Shown here piece by piece: positions 45,551 through 58,200 of a stretch of 64,000 nucleotides of DNA (positions within the stretch are counted from its first letter, which is position 1; each line of letters opens with the position of its first letter). Under the pieces are notes generated by a model, which worked only from the letters and a program-made list of their open reading frames with translations, did not search any database and was not told the origin of the DNA. Made by a program: the position numbers and the translations under genes. Source of the DNA: Tetramitus jugosus (Eukaryota; Protista; Heterolobosea); contig OW569365.1 in assembly GCA_937625935.1 (NCBI GenBank), positions 372,001 to 436,000 of the forward strand, read 5' to 3'.

Positions 45551-46600
45551 ATGATACTCTCGCGCATCTCCTTGCTACTTGTCCTTGCTCTTGCCTCCTC
45601 ATTCATACTCATCTATATCGTTGTTTCGAGTGGCAACAGCAGCAGTCACAGCTCCAGGTCCTTCTCCTATCACAACACACAAAAGTTTAGATATGGCGAT
45701 GATGATGATGATGAAAACGATAGTCATCACATCATGACACCAAAGAAACAACACGTCATCACGCATCAACAACAGCAACAACAACCAGTATCATGTCCAG
45801 TTCCACCACCACCATGTCCATCACCACCACCTCCACCACCTCCATGCCCTGCTCTACCAGTTCTTCCTCCTCCAGCATCACAAGTCATGGACCCTATTGT
45901 TTTTACATATAGGATTAATGATTGCGATCAGTATCGTCACTTGGATCGAAAGGTGTACACGTATTATGAAAAGCTTCCATATATGGATGAAGGACTGGGC
46001 TTGTTGGCCGAATGGGAAAGAAGTTGGAGAGTGAATTGCTGGGAACCAATCATTTTGAATCACACTCATGCGATGCAACATGAAAAATCTGCGACATGGT
46101 ATGAAAAATTGTCAAAGTTGCCCTCGGTCAATGGTGAATTATATGAATTGTCGTGTTATTTGAGACATGCAGCCATGGCGAGTGTCGGTGGAGGCATCAT
46201 GGTCGACAATGATGTGATTAATATGAATTTTAGACCTGATGATATGATGGATCCGTTGCCAAAGACGTACACGACATTTGAGGGCTCTGTTCCTTCCATG
46301 GTATATGCTTCGAGTTCGGAATATGAGCGCATTGTGGATTACATGGCCAATTATGAGATAAAGGATACGGATGTGGCACGTGGAAAGCCTCACACCTCAG
46401 ATATGCACATTCTGTACGATATGGTGATGAAAAAACTCGTAAAGGTTGATTACAAGCACTCGCCAATCAACAATCGCAAAGTTTTCCACATTAGCACTGC
46501 AAGAGTCAATTATCACAAAGGGAACACTGGTCTCTCCATGTTGACCAAGAGAGATCTCGCAAGACTCATTTTAGGATTTGTTCAAACTCAACTCTCCTAA
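45551..46600 (+). CDS. Type II membrane glycosyltransferase-like protein (DxD, GT-A/GT32-like)
   Basis: N-terminal TM anchor, Pro-rich stem, ERSWRVNCWE, RHAAMASVGGGIMVDNDV. Confidence 0.65.
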   Translation: MILSRISLLLVLALASSFILIYIVVSSGNSSSHSSRSFSYHNTQKFRYGDDDDDENDSHHIMTPKKQHVITHQQQQQQPVSCPVPPPPCPSPPPPPPPCPALPVLPPPASQVMDPIVFTYRINDCDQYRHLDRKVYTYYEKLPYMDEGLGLLAEWERSWRVNCWEPIILNHTHAMQHEKSATWYEKLSKLPSVNGELYELSCYLRHAAMASVGGGIMVDNDVINMNFRPDDMMDPLPKTYTTFEGSVPSMVYASSSEYERIVDYMANYEIKDTDVARGKPHTSDMHILYDMVMKKLVKVDYKHSPINNRKVFHISTARVNYHKGNTGLSMLTKRDLARLILGFVQTQLS

Positions 46601-46775
46601 ACGAGCTATTGTTATTGTGTCACAACGACCTTAAAAGAGCCACCACACCCCAAAGCACACGAGAGATGAGAATACTAGTCTCACATTTTTTCATTGTATG
46701 AACCTTCAATCGGTCAAAAAAATAAATATTTTCCGCCTCAAAAAAACAAAAAGAAAATAACTTGAAGAAGAAAAA

Positions 46776-49410
46776 ATGTCCAGTGTGATCAAATTCACAC
46801 CACTCAGTGGTTGTTACAATGAAGGACCTCTGTGTTATCTGCTTCAGATGGATGATATTAACATCTTATTGGATTGTGGTTGGGATGATCGATTCAACAT
46901 CAACGACGATCACTTGCAACAACTCAAAAAGTAGTGTTTCAAAGCTATCGATAGCTCTCTCTCAACTCTTTTTGACAAAATTTGCTTACACTCTGTTTTT
47001 TTTCTTCACTTGTTTTTTCATCATCATCATCATATCATCATTGTCTTCTTGATATTTTCTCTCTCTCTCTCTCATGTTTAGACTCGTGAATCAGATTGAT
47101 ATCGTTCTACTCAGTCATTCTGACATTTATCACGTCGGTGCTCTGCCCTATCTCGTCGGAAAATTAGGTCTGCTTGATAAATCATCAAGTGGTGGTGGTG
47201 GTGCTGCTGCTATCACAGATGGATCAACAAGTTCAACAACAACAACGAGTGCTACTACTACTACTGCTGCTGCCGCTGCTACTACTACGAACAAGACGAC
47301 ACAAATTTTTGCAACACTGCCAGTGTGTAAAATGGGTACAATGACCATGTATGACATGTATTTGCACACGTCGGCCACCAGAGACGATTTTCAAGTATTT
47401 GATTTGGATGATGTAGATTCAGCGTTCGACTCGATCACTCAACTCAAGTACTCTCAGAGGTATCGATTCAAGACTGAACGAGGCAGTGCACTGACCATTA
47501 TGCCGTTCAATGCAGGTCATTCGTTGGGAGGAACCGTGTGGAAGATTGTAAAGGAAACGGATGAGATTGTGTATGCTGTGGACTACAATCACAGAAAGGA
47601 GAGGCATTTGAATGGAACGGCGTTTGATATTTTGGGAAAACCGTCCATTTTGATCACTGATGCCACATCGGCACTCAATAGAACCATGTACAATGCGGCT
47701 CACGAAGCCAGAATTTTGAACACGATTATTGAAACATTGCGCAGTGGTGGAAATGTGTTGATACCGTGTGATTCGGCAGGTAGGAGTCTAGAGTTGGCTC
47801 TGTTGTTGGAGTACAAGTGGAGACAGGACAAGGGTCTCGGCATGTATCCCATCATTATGTTTTCACCAATGAGTGTTCGTACGATTGAATTTGCGAGTCA
47901 TCAGCTCGAATGGATGAGTGATGATGTGATGAAGGGTTTCCATGACAGCAGAGTCAACCCATTCTCATTCCAGTACACTCACTTGTGCAAGGATATGGAA
48001 TCATTTGATAATCCGACAGCCTATGGTAAGAACCCGAGAGTCGTATTGGCTACCACAGAGTCTCTCGAGTGTGGTTTCAGTAGAGAGCTCTTTGTGCGAT
48101 GGGCATCCAATCCATACAACCTGATACTGTTTACTGGAAGAACGAGAGAGGATTCCTTGGCACGTCAAATTGTTGACAACATGAAAACGATCAATGAGCA
48201 CAGAATGGACAAAATGAACGAGAGAGCTCATGCACAGGGTGCATACGAGACAACGATAGAGTACAGGAAGCGTGTGCCATTGCAAGGACAAGAATTAAAG
48301 GATTATGAAGTAGCTCAGCAAAAGTTGAAGGAACTTGAGAAGAAGAAGAAGGAAGATGAGAAGAGAAAGAAGGTTCAGGGTAAAGTGATTCAAATTCGTG
48401 ATGAGGATGCCTCTGCGGCTGATGTTGATAATGATGAAGACGATGACGACGACATTATGCAAGATATTCTGGAAGACGCTCATCGATCACAAAAGGATTC
48501 CAGTGCATACCAGTCTCGCCTATTTCTGCCAGAAAACATGAAATACCACTCTCAATACCTCATGTTTCCCTGCCTAGAGCACTATCCAAAATCTGATGTC
48601 TACGGACAATGGATCGATGCAGAGGAGATGAAGAATAGAACCTTGATGATCTATGAAGCTGAAACTGCCAGCATTGCTGCCAACCAAATGGATATTGAAG
48701 AAGAGGAGCACGTAGTGATACCTACAAAGTGTGTCTCGGAGGAGTTGGTGATCCAAGTGCGGTCGAGAATCGAGTTTATCGATTTTGAGGGACGATCCAA
48801 TGCAGCTTCTGTTCAAAACATTCTTAAACAACTCGCTCCTAGAAAACTATTGCTCGTTCATGGTAGCGAAGAAGAAACGACAACATTGGTCGACAAGTGC
48901 AATCAACTCAAGATATCGGATTATATTCAGGCGCCTCATTTGAACGAAACTTTGGAGGTTTCCATGGATACCAACATGTTCAAGGTGAAACTCAGCCAAG
49001 ATTTGTTGGCCCAGGTGTCATATGCCAAAGTCGGAGCATACGAGCTCAGCTATGTTCAGGGTGAATATCGGTTCGATGATCTTAATACGCAAGCATCAAG
49101 CGGTGCTGTTCCACAGGGCACGAACGAGCAAGACTTGGCCAAACTGCCTAGTATCGTACCTCTGCCAGAAAAGTCAGCCAATGGTCACGACTCCATATTT
49201 ATTGGTGATGTAAAATTATCCCAATTCTATGATATCTTATCAAAGAATGGTGTGAGGACAGAATTTATTCAAGGAGGTCACTTGGTGTGTAATGACGCTG
49301 TCATTATTAAGAGAGATGGTAAAACAGGACAGATAACGCTTGATGGCGCTTTCTGCACAGATTACTACCTCATTAGAAGTTTACTATACTCACAGTATCA
49401 AATTCTGTGA
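46776..49410 (+). CDS. CPSF2: Cleavage and polyadenylation specificity factor subunit 2 (CPSF100), 2 exons (intron 46931-47081)
   Basis: CYLLQMDDINILLDCGW, LLSHSD..HVGALPY, NAGHSLGGTVWKI, YAVDYNHRKERHL, FIDFEGRS. Confidence 0.96.
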
Positions 49411-49488
49411 GGAAGCGACACTACTGCAAAATTCCTTCTCGCAATCAATAAATAATACACAACAGTGTCATTTGTATCATACAACCGG

Positions 49489-50508
49489 TTATAACAGACT
49501 TTTCAAGGTTGAGATCAGTTCCTGACAAGATGGTCGCTTCAAAGGATTTAACTGCCAACATTGTGATATAATCTCCTGTATCTCCTCTGGAATATCATTC
49601 GTCAACTCCATCCGATAATTCGCGTCATGTTTCATGTTCTCCATCACTGTCAGAGTGTCCACTCCTTCAAATGGTTTTTTCCAAGCAAATATTTCATAAA
49701 ACACGACACCCAAAGAATAAATGTCAGACTTTGTTGTAATAGGTCCCAATGTTTGTTCTGATGTTCCTAATGATGCCATTTCAGGACTCATCCACAATAC
49801 TGTTCCATGCGGTTGACTCAAAGTTCGACCACCTCTGTTTTCATCATCGCTCGCCCCATTGCCCATCTTACTAAAGTACCGTTCGTGCTTCATATCGGCA
49901 AAATCAGTTAGATAGAGATCTAAATGTTCATCCAACAACACATTCAAACTTTTCACATCACAATGCACATAGTTCATGTCATGAATTCGAGACAGAGCTT
50001 CACACAACTGCACACACCACAGCAGTCTTCTCTCCCGAGCTACACTGTTATTCTTGTCCTTGCTCCTTTGAATAAAATGATACAAATCACCATTGGGCAT
50101 AAACGGAAGCACAACATGATACTCTGACCGATTTTCATTCTTGTTCCAGCCCAGTGGCCTTATGATACGACTGTTTGGCTCATTCAAAAAATAAAGTATT
50201 CTCACCTCACGCATAAATTTTTCCACGTCTACCGTAAATGGGCATCGGCGCGCCAACAGCTTCTTTACAACGACTCTCTGATCAGACAAGATCGCTGTGG
50301 AAATTTCAGAGAATCCACCTTGTGTGAGTCTCTGATCTTGCGATAGTGCAAATGGTGCGACCCATTGGGAGAATGGAAGCTTGAGCGAGTCGAGTTCAGG
50401 CAAGTCAGATTCTTGAATGGCCTGGAGATATTGCATGGAGGCAGCACTTGTCTTGTCATATGTGGGAACAAAATCAAGTGATCTGGTGCGTGACTTGTTG
50501 TTGCTCAT
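49489..50508 (-). CDS. Tyrosine-kinase-like protein kinase (non-RD; DFA in place of DFG)
   Basis: QGGFSEI, VVVKK, VHCDVKSLNVLL, DFA, GTVLWMSPE, SDIYSLG, CWQLNPLKRP. Confidence 0.88.
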   Translation of the reverse strand: MSNNKSRTRSLDFVPTYDKTSAASMQYLQAIQESDLPELDSLKLPFSQWVAPFALSQDQRLTQGGFSEISTAILSDQRVVVKKLLARRCPFTVDVEKFMREVRILYFLNEPNSRIIRPLGWNKNENRSEYHVVLPFMPNGDLYHFIQRSKDKNNSVARERRLLWCVQLCEALSRIHDMNYVHCDVKSLNVLLDEHLDLYLTDFADMKHERYFSKMGNGASDDENRGGRTLSQPHGTVLWMSPEMASLGTSEQTLGPITTKSDIYSLGVVFYEIFAWKKPFEGVDTLTVMENMKHDANYRMELTNDIPEEIQEIISQCWQLNPLKRPSCQELISTLKSLL

Positions 50509-50574
50509 GTTGTTGGCTGTTTTGTTGGCACAACTGGAACAGAAAACCTGAAGGCAAACAGAAAAGAATTTCTA

Positions 50575-50647
50575 AGGCTCCTACGAGACTCGAACTCGTG
50601 ACCTCTGTCTTACTAGGACAGCGCACTGCCACCTGTGCTAAGGAGCC
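50575..50647 (-). tRNA. tRNA-Thr(AGT)
   Basis: Reverse complement GGCTCCTTAGCACAGGTGGCAGTGCGCTGTCCTAGTAAGACAGAGGTCACGAGTTCGAGTCTCGTAGGAGCCT folds as a cloverleaf with anticodon AGT; TTTT shortly downstream. Confidence 0.95.
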
Positions 50648-50677
50648 CGGTTAATGACATTTCTCTCGTCATCGAAC

Positions 50678-50687
50678 ACGACTCTAT
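50678..50687 (+). repeat. Left target-site duplication ACGACTCTAT
   Basis: Identical to 51543-51552 on the far side of the retroelement. Confidence 0.85.
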
Positions 50688-51543
50688 TGGCCCAGTGATG
50701 GCAATGCCGAATTGCATGAATATAGAGCTGCATCAAACAAAGGGATTCATACACACCATCAGATTCAATGGTAAGTATGCGAGGGGAAAAGAAGATCTGA
50801 AGGAGTTGTTCCTTCAGGAGCGTAAGGCGCTCATCTGTCAAAATTCGCAATGGTGGTTGCAGGATGCTGCAATGGAACATAAGAATCAGTTCGACTTTCT
50901 CAAGAACCCATTTGTTGTTGATCGTCAGCTGGAGTGGTTCCACGCCCAAGTACGTAGTGGTACATTACATACCAGAGTGGTGTGTAACTATTTGTACGAT
51001 GATGACGGCCCCTATTTATGCCCGAGATGCGGTACTGAACCTGATACAATCCTCCACTGTCTTGTCAGATGCCAGTATGCAATTGACGCCCGAAGAAAGC
51101 TTGTCATGGAAGTCTACAACAAGTTGCTCAAACTTCCATTACATCGAGAGTCCGCCATCTCCCTATGGTTTGACAAAGTTCTGTTCAGAAACGGATTCAT
51201 GTGGCCAATGCCGAGGAAGTCGAGCAGAGAGTACCTCATGGGAATAATGGGTTTAGAGAACGACGCTGTCGACCAGGTGATGGATGCACTGATGAAAAAT
51301 GGGATGAAACAAGAAGTAGCACAGCGAAAGGCCCGTAGTTTTGTGTGCCGGGTGAAGAGTCGCTGCATCACAGTGCTGCACAGACTCTACCAGCAATCAA
51401 AGGACTGCAAACAGTAGTAACTTGCGAGCGCTACTAACAAGAAAGATGAGACGCTCTTCGAGCGTCACAAGGACGATCTGAGAAACTAAAAGAAAGAAGG
51501 ACAGAGTAATAAAGAGCAACCGCGTGTTGTATTAAAAAAAAAA
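50688..51543 (+). mobile_element. 5'-truncated non-LTR retrotransposon (LINE) inserted about 40 bp upstream of tRNA-Thr
   Basis: Open ORF2-like C-terminus with Cx2Cx8Hx4C knuckle (51019-51072), stop at 51415-51417, 3'UTR hairpin, AATAAA at 51508, A10 tail 51534-51543, flanking 10-bp direct repeat. Confidence 0.85.
50689..51417 (+). pseudogene. Truncated LINE ORF2 C-terminal region (zf-RVT-like zinc knuckle); no RT or endonuclease retained
   Basis: FHAQVRSGTLHTR...YLCPRCGTEPDTILHCLVRC; the 260-aa ORF call runs into the tRNA flank only because that frame happens to be open. Confidence 0.8.
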
Positions 51544-51552
51544 CGACTCTAT
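51543..51552 (+). repeat. Right target-site duplication ACGACTCTAT (first A shared with the poly(A) tail)
   Basis: Directly follows the A-tail; identical to 50678-50687. Confidence 0.85.
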
Positions 51553-51557
51553 AATAG

Positions 51558-51770
51558 GCTGCAATGCAAAATGGCATGATATTGCCAAGAAGCAAGCGAA
51601 ACAGTTAGTGGATACTAAGAGATGTATTGCGGTGATGCTTCGCCTCTTCACAAGATCCAAAGAGATGGCAGAGTTCACCGAGTGGACAAAAGGTTGGATC
51701 AAGAGAGTACAGCCATCTGGTAAAAGTGAGAGCTGCTAGGGACTGGAGATAGCTATCTCAAGTGGGACAT
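51558..51770 (+). mobile_element. Degenerate 3' remnant of a second, related LINE
   Basis: MQNGM then (frameshift) DIAKKQAKQLVDTKRCIAVMLRLFTRSKE aligns with MKNGMKQEVAQRKARSFVCRVKSRCITVLHRLYQQSKD of the first element; stop at 51737-51739; 3' boundary uncertain. Confidence 0.65.
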
Positions 51771-51835
51771 AATAGACAGAACAACAGGGTCCATGGCTTT
51801 CACCAATAAATACAAAAGATTTACAACATTTTAAT

Positions 51836-53628
<1,793 letters not shown>

Positions 53629-54052
53629 TGTGATTTTTGTTCTTGTTGTTGTTGTTTTGTTGATGTTGTTGATTGATTTGTTTTTATTCGATCTCTTCGA
53701 CGGATAAAAACACTGCTTCCCAATGATTGTAATCAATCTGTGTGTGAAAATTCCTCTTGAAGTCCGCCGATGGAGCGGAATTTGCGGAAATGGGCAGAAG
53801 GTGAAATTTTGCCGATTGATATCTTGGCTGTTGCTCTCCCGGATGTGAGGCTGTGGTAATTGATGATTGTATCTGATTTGTGATACAAGAGGCATACCAA
53901 ATTCTTTGACATTGTATTGAATGCCAAACTTTCAAAGTAGTGTGGAGCTTGCGGACTTTGGACAGCACAGCTAAAATTCCAAGAAGCTTTCCCATGTCGT
54001 GAACAAAAAAGCAAACCAAACAACAAACCAATAGAACAACAACGAAAGCAAA

Positions 54053-55183
54053 ATGGCTCAAACACTCGAAGCAATCAAATACGAGAGAGGCAACCTCCAA
54101 ATCCTCGATCAACTACTCATCCCAAAACAATTCATCTATGAAACGATTGATACCGTTGAGAAGGCTTATGATGCCATCAAGGACATGAAAGTGAGAGGTG
54201 CACCAGCCATTGCCATTGTTGCTATGCTTGCCATTGCAGTTGAGGCCAGTGAACTCCTCACCAACAACACTGCTTCTTCAAGTGAGGAGACATTGCAGCA
54301 ATTGGGTGAGAAATTTGTGAAAAAATTGAATTATTTGGCAGAGAGCAGACCAACAGCAGTCAATCTGTTTACCAGTGTCGATGAACTCAAGCTTCGCATT
54401 CACCAATATGTGAACAGCGGAGAAAACGGAGAAAATAAGAGCGGACTATTAGAAACCATGATTGAGTATGCGGAGGGTTTGATGCGCAGTGATGTGCAAG
54501 AGAATGAATCGATTGGACAGCACGGTTCACTATACATTCAAACATTGTATCCAAACACTGAAAAACTTCGAGTTTTGACTCACTGCAACACTGGTGCACT
54601 CGCAACCATGAGATATGGAACTGCGTTGGGTGTGATTCGATTCTTGAACCAGAAGAATGCTGTGGAACAAATCTATTGTACAGAGACAAGACCGTACAAT
54701 CAAGGTGCGAGATTAACGGCTTTCGAGCTCGTGTATGACAAGATACCTGCTACTCTGGTTTGTGACTCTGCTGTTTCGTACTTGTTTTCCACTAGACAAG
54801 TGCATGCTGTTGTTGTCGGAGCCGATAGAGTCTGCTCCAACGGTGACACAGCAAACAAGATTGGAACCTATCAGATTGCATTGAGTGCCAAGTATCATGG
54901 TGTTCCATTCTTTGTTGCCTCTCCGAGCACAAGTATCGATTTGAAGTTGGCCAGTGGCGACTTGATCCACATTGAAGAGAGAAGTGCTAATGAGGTTACT
55001 CATCATGCCAATACTGGTGAAAGAGCTGTCGTGGAGGGAATCAATGTTTGGAACCCTGGATTCGATGTCACACCAGCCAAGCTCATTACTGGAGGTATTA
55101 TTACAGAGTTTGGTGTGATTGAATTGGACAAGGAGACCGAACAGTTCAAGGTTGCTGAATTTTTGAAAAAGCACGGAAAGTAA
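54053..55183 (+). CDS. MRI1: Methylthioribose-1-phosphate isomerase
   Basis: ILDQL, VRGAPAIA, SRPTAVNL, LTHCNTGALAT, ETRPYNQGARLT, NGDTANKIGTY. Confidence 0.96.
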   Translation: MAQTLEAIKYERGNLQILDQLLIPKQFIYETIDTVEKAYDAIKDMKVRGAPAIAIVAMLAIAVEASELLTNNTASSSEETLQQLGEKFVKKLNYLAESRPTAVNLFTSVDELKLRIHQYVNSGENGENKSGLLETMIEYAEGLMRSDVQENESIGQHGSLYIQTLYPNTEKLRVLTHCNTGALATMRYGTALGVIRFLNQKNAVEQIYCTETRPYNQGARLTAFELVYDKIPATLVCDSAVSYLFSTRQVHAVVVGADRVCSNGDTANKIGTYQIALSAKYHGVPFFVASPSTSIDLKLASGDLIHIEERSANEVTHHANTGERAVVEGINVWNPGFDVTPAKLITGGIITEFGVIELDKETEQFKVAEFLKKHGK

Positions 55184-55225
55184 ATAGTTTCGCACAACAC
55201 TTCATCGTAAATATTATTGTAATTT

Positions 55226-58200
55226 TCAAGTTGAGGTGACATCGTCAAAGGAGTTGCGTAAGAGAATTTGCTTTTCGTCCATCAGTTCGACTAGTTCTTC
55301 ATACTCTAACACTGTGAGATGATCTTTGAAAATCTTAGGAGCATCGAGCCATAGAAACTTTGCGTAACAGCACTTGTCAATCGCTCGATAGAAAACCTTC
55401 TTGGCTTTATCGAGTTCTCCTGTGCTATGCTCAAAGTGTAAATACATGCGCCAGAACATTGAATTTGTTCTGCATGTTTGATACTCTAGTCCTCTCTCGA
55501 ACAGACTGCGAATGCGATTAACACTCTCAGTACCACCTCGGCGTAACTCAGCATATATTGTAAACATGAAGTTAATTGGAGATGGCGCTAGTTGACATTT
55601 GTGATCCAAGAATCGTCGCATGTTTGCTGACAGTTGTGCCTTCTGTTCATTTTCAATGTAAATGCTCAAACCGACGGGATGAGCAGGGAATCTCGACAGG
55701 AACTTACCCAAAGCATTCTTCAATACCTTTTTGGAAAAGATGTGATCTAGATTCGCTACCTTTGCAGCTCTTTGTTGCAATAGTTGTTTCTGTCCACAAT
55801 GAGGAACGATCACAGAGAGAAATCTGAGATAGAGCAGCCATAGATATTGTTCGGGTGCTTCACCAAGTTGATGCAAATCTTCGTTCGTAATATCGTTTCT
55901 ATTAAATCGATAGACCTCAGCTCTTGCATCAGCAGAAAATGAATAATGATAGGATGAAAGAGTGGACCATTTCAATTCATACAAAACTGATTCAAATATG
56001 CGATTGGAGGTTTCTAGATATCCATTTGAAGCAATATACTCGAACAAGCAATAGCACATGAGAAATTCGAGATGATTCTCGAAATGTGTCTTATCTTGTG
56101 AGTAAAGTCGCATCACTTCATCATATCGTAATCTATAAAGTTGTCGAGCTCTCAGTATCACACTACTGGAAGCCCTTTGAGAAAAAGGGGCAAACTTTTC
56201 GTCAACGCAAACAGCGACACACAGGGCATGAAGTGCTCGATCCATATCTCCGTTGAGTATTTCCAGATCACTGTAGCATCGATACATAACAAATCGAATC
56301 CCAGATGGAGTCTTTTCATCCATAATTTGCAATGCATTCTCGTATACATCTCTGGCACCAATAAAGTTTTTTGATTTTCTTTCCAGTTGTGCATACTGAT
56401 TCCACAGAATCAGGTTCTGACGGTCATTACTCAATAACATCTTTGCTGTTTTCTTGGCTGCCTCGATGTCTGATTGCGATAAGAAATCTAGAAGTGCCAT
56501 CTTGAGTAAATTATCATCCGGATAGAGCTTTGTTGATTGTTCCAATACACTTCGAAGGAATATTAGCATATCTTTCCTCTTTGAATATGCATATGGCTTC
56601 CACGAATCGAATCTATCTTCTAACGAAGTTGAGAAGATCGAGAATAAATGCTTCGAGTCATTCTTGTTCGACATGTTCTCATGAGTGAAAATATCATCGA
56701 TTGATCTCTGCATATAATAGATGGGAAATCCAAGCAGTTCCAGGATCAAAAAGATTAATTGTTTTTGAATGGAATCTGATAAAACTGGAAATAGCACTTC
56801 AACGATATCTTCGAACAGCACAACTCGATCTGGACAAGATACAATTTCACTTGGGTTCATATCTGATCGACAAGGGAGCAATTGATTGTTAGATTTTTTG
56901 TCTTCTTCTTTCATCCATTGAATAAAGAACATTGCATTATCATATTCTTCCTCCTTGATCTCACTTTCAATGTTAAAAACATCATCGTAGGAGTAATAGG
57001 AAGGTTTGTCGTTCAGTTGATCACTCGACTCAGAAGTCAGTTTCTCCAACAACCAATCATTCCATCCCGTTGCTCCTGTTTCTCCAAATCGAGGTGCCTC
57101 ACTCTCCCAAAAATCCTGGAACCCAGTTATTTGACTATCCCATGAGGTGTACACAATCGGACAGAAACAGTTCATTTCAATGAGTGCTTGGCACATAGCA
57201 ATAGACCTCTCCGTATATCCGCTCTGCTTTTCAAATATACACATGTCAAAGAAGATTTTTATGAGGCATTCTTCTATTTTGTCATTGTCTGACTGATCAT
57301 TAGACGTTACATGTTTCTTCGCTTCGATAAATGCTCGAATTGCTTCCCGATACACTGTTCTCATGTCAGGTATTGTAAAATTTGTGAACGATGATTTCTT
57401 AAATAAAATGAATTCATTCCACAGATTGATATCGGACAGGTTGTCAGTGAGCACCTTTATCCATAATTTCAATATCATATCATAGGGGTAAATCTTTGCA
57501 TTTTCTCGCATATATCCGCTCAGCAACACGCTACTCGATGGATTTGACTGAATCGCTTTTTCATATATCGCAATTTTCTTCTCGCTAATTGCAGTTGTAT
57601 TACGCTTACTCTGAATTCGCAAGTACTCATCTTGAAATCGAACAAAATCAATCCATTTTCCAACATTATGAGGATGCGCTTGTAGATGCTCATTGAATTG
57701 CTTCGTTTTGTAAAATAGAAACTGCTCAACATTTTGGTTCTTCGAGTCGTCCATAGTAATCTCTTCTTTCGCACCTCGCCCCTCATTCATTTCATCATAT
57801 TCTGGTTCTGAATCGACATGAATGTATGCTCCTTCATTAAGCTCGCTATCATTCGAATCTTCAATCGGAATATAATCACTTGCCAACACAGTATCATGCT
57901 TCTTGGAAGCCCTGATCAGTGATGGATCAATCACAGGTTTCGAAGGTCGCAGCTTTCTCAGAATAGAACCTCTCCAATATCGATCAAGTGCACTAGCCTT
58001 TGATTTTCTCTCATTTTTACCTGATAACAACCGCTTCCACTTGAGTGCCTCACTCCAATACGGATTTTCAGAGTTGTACAGTCTGTACAGTGGCACATAC
58101 TCTCGATAAATGCAATCAAACAATAGATTATTCGGATCACCCTTCAAATCAAATCTAAAAATTTGATCGTCATCAAAATTCCGGTAATTTGTCGTGAGTT

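Noticed and set aside
50635-50687. Apparent N-terminus of the 260-aa ORF overlapping tRNA-Thr
   Set aside because: Non-ATG start inside the tRNA; lies outside the TSD, so it is host flank that is open by chance
51805-51810. AATAAA as the poly(A) signal of the second retroelement remnant
   Set aside because: Better explained as the minus-strand TTGTATTTATT 3' motif of HSP60
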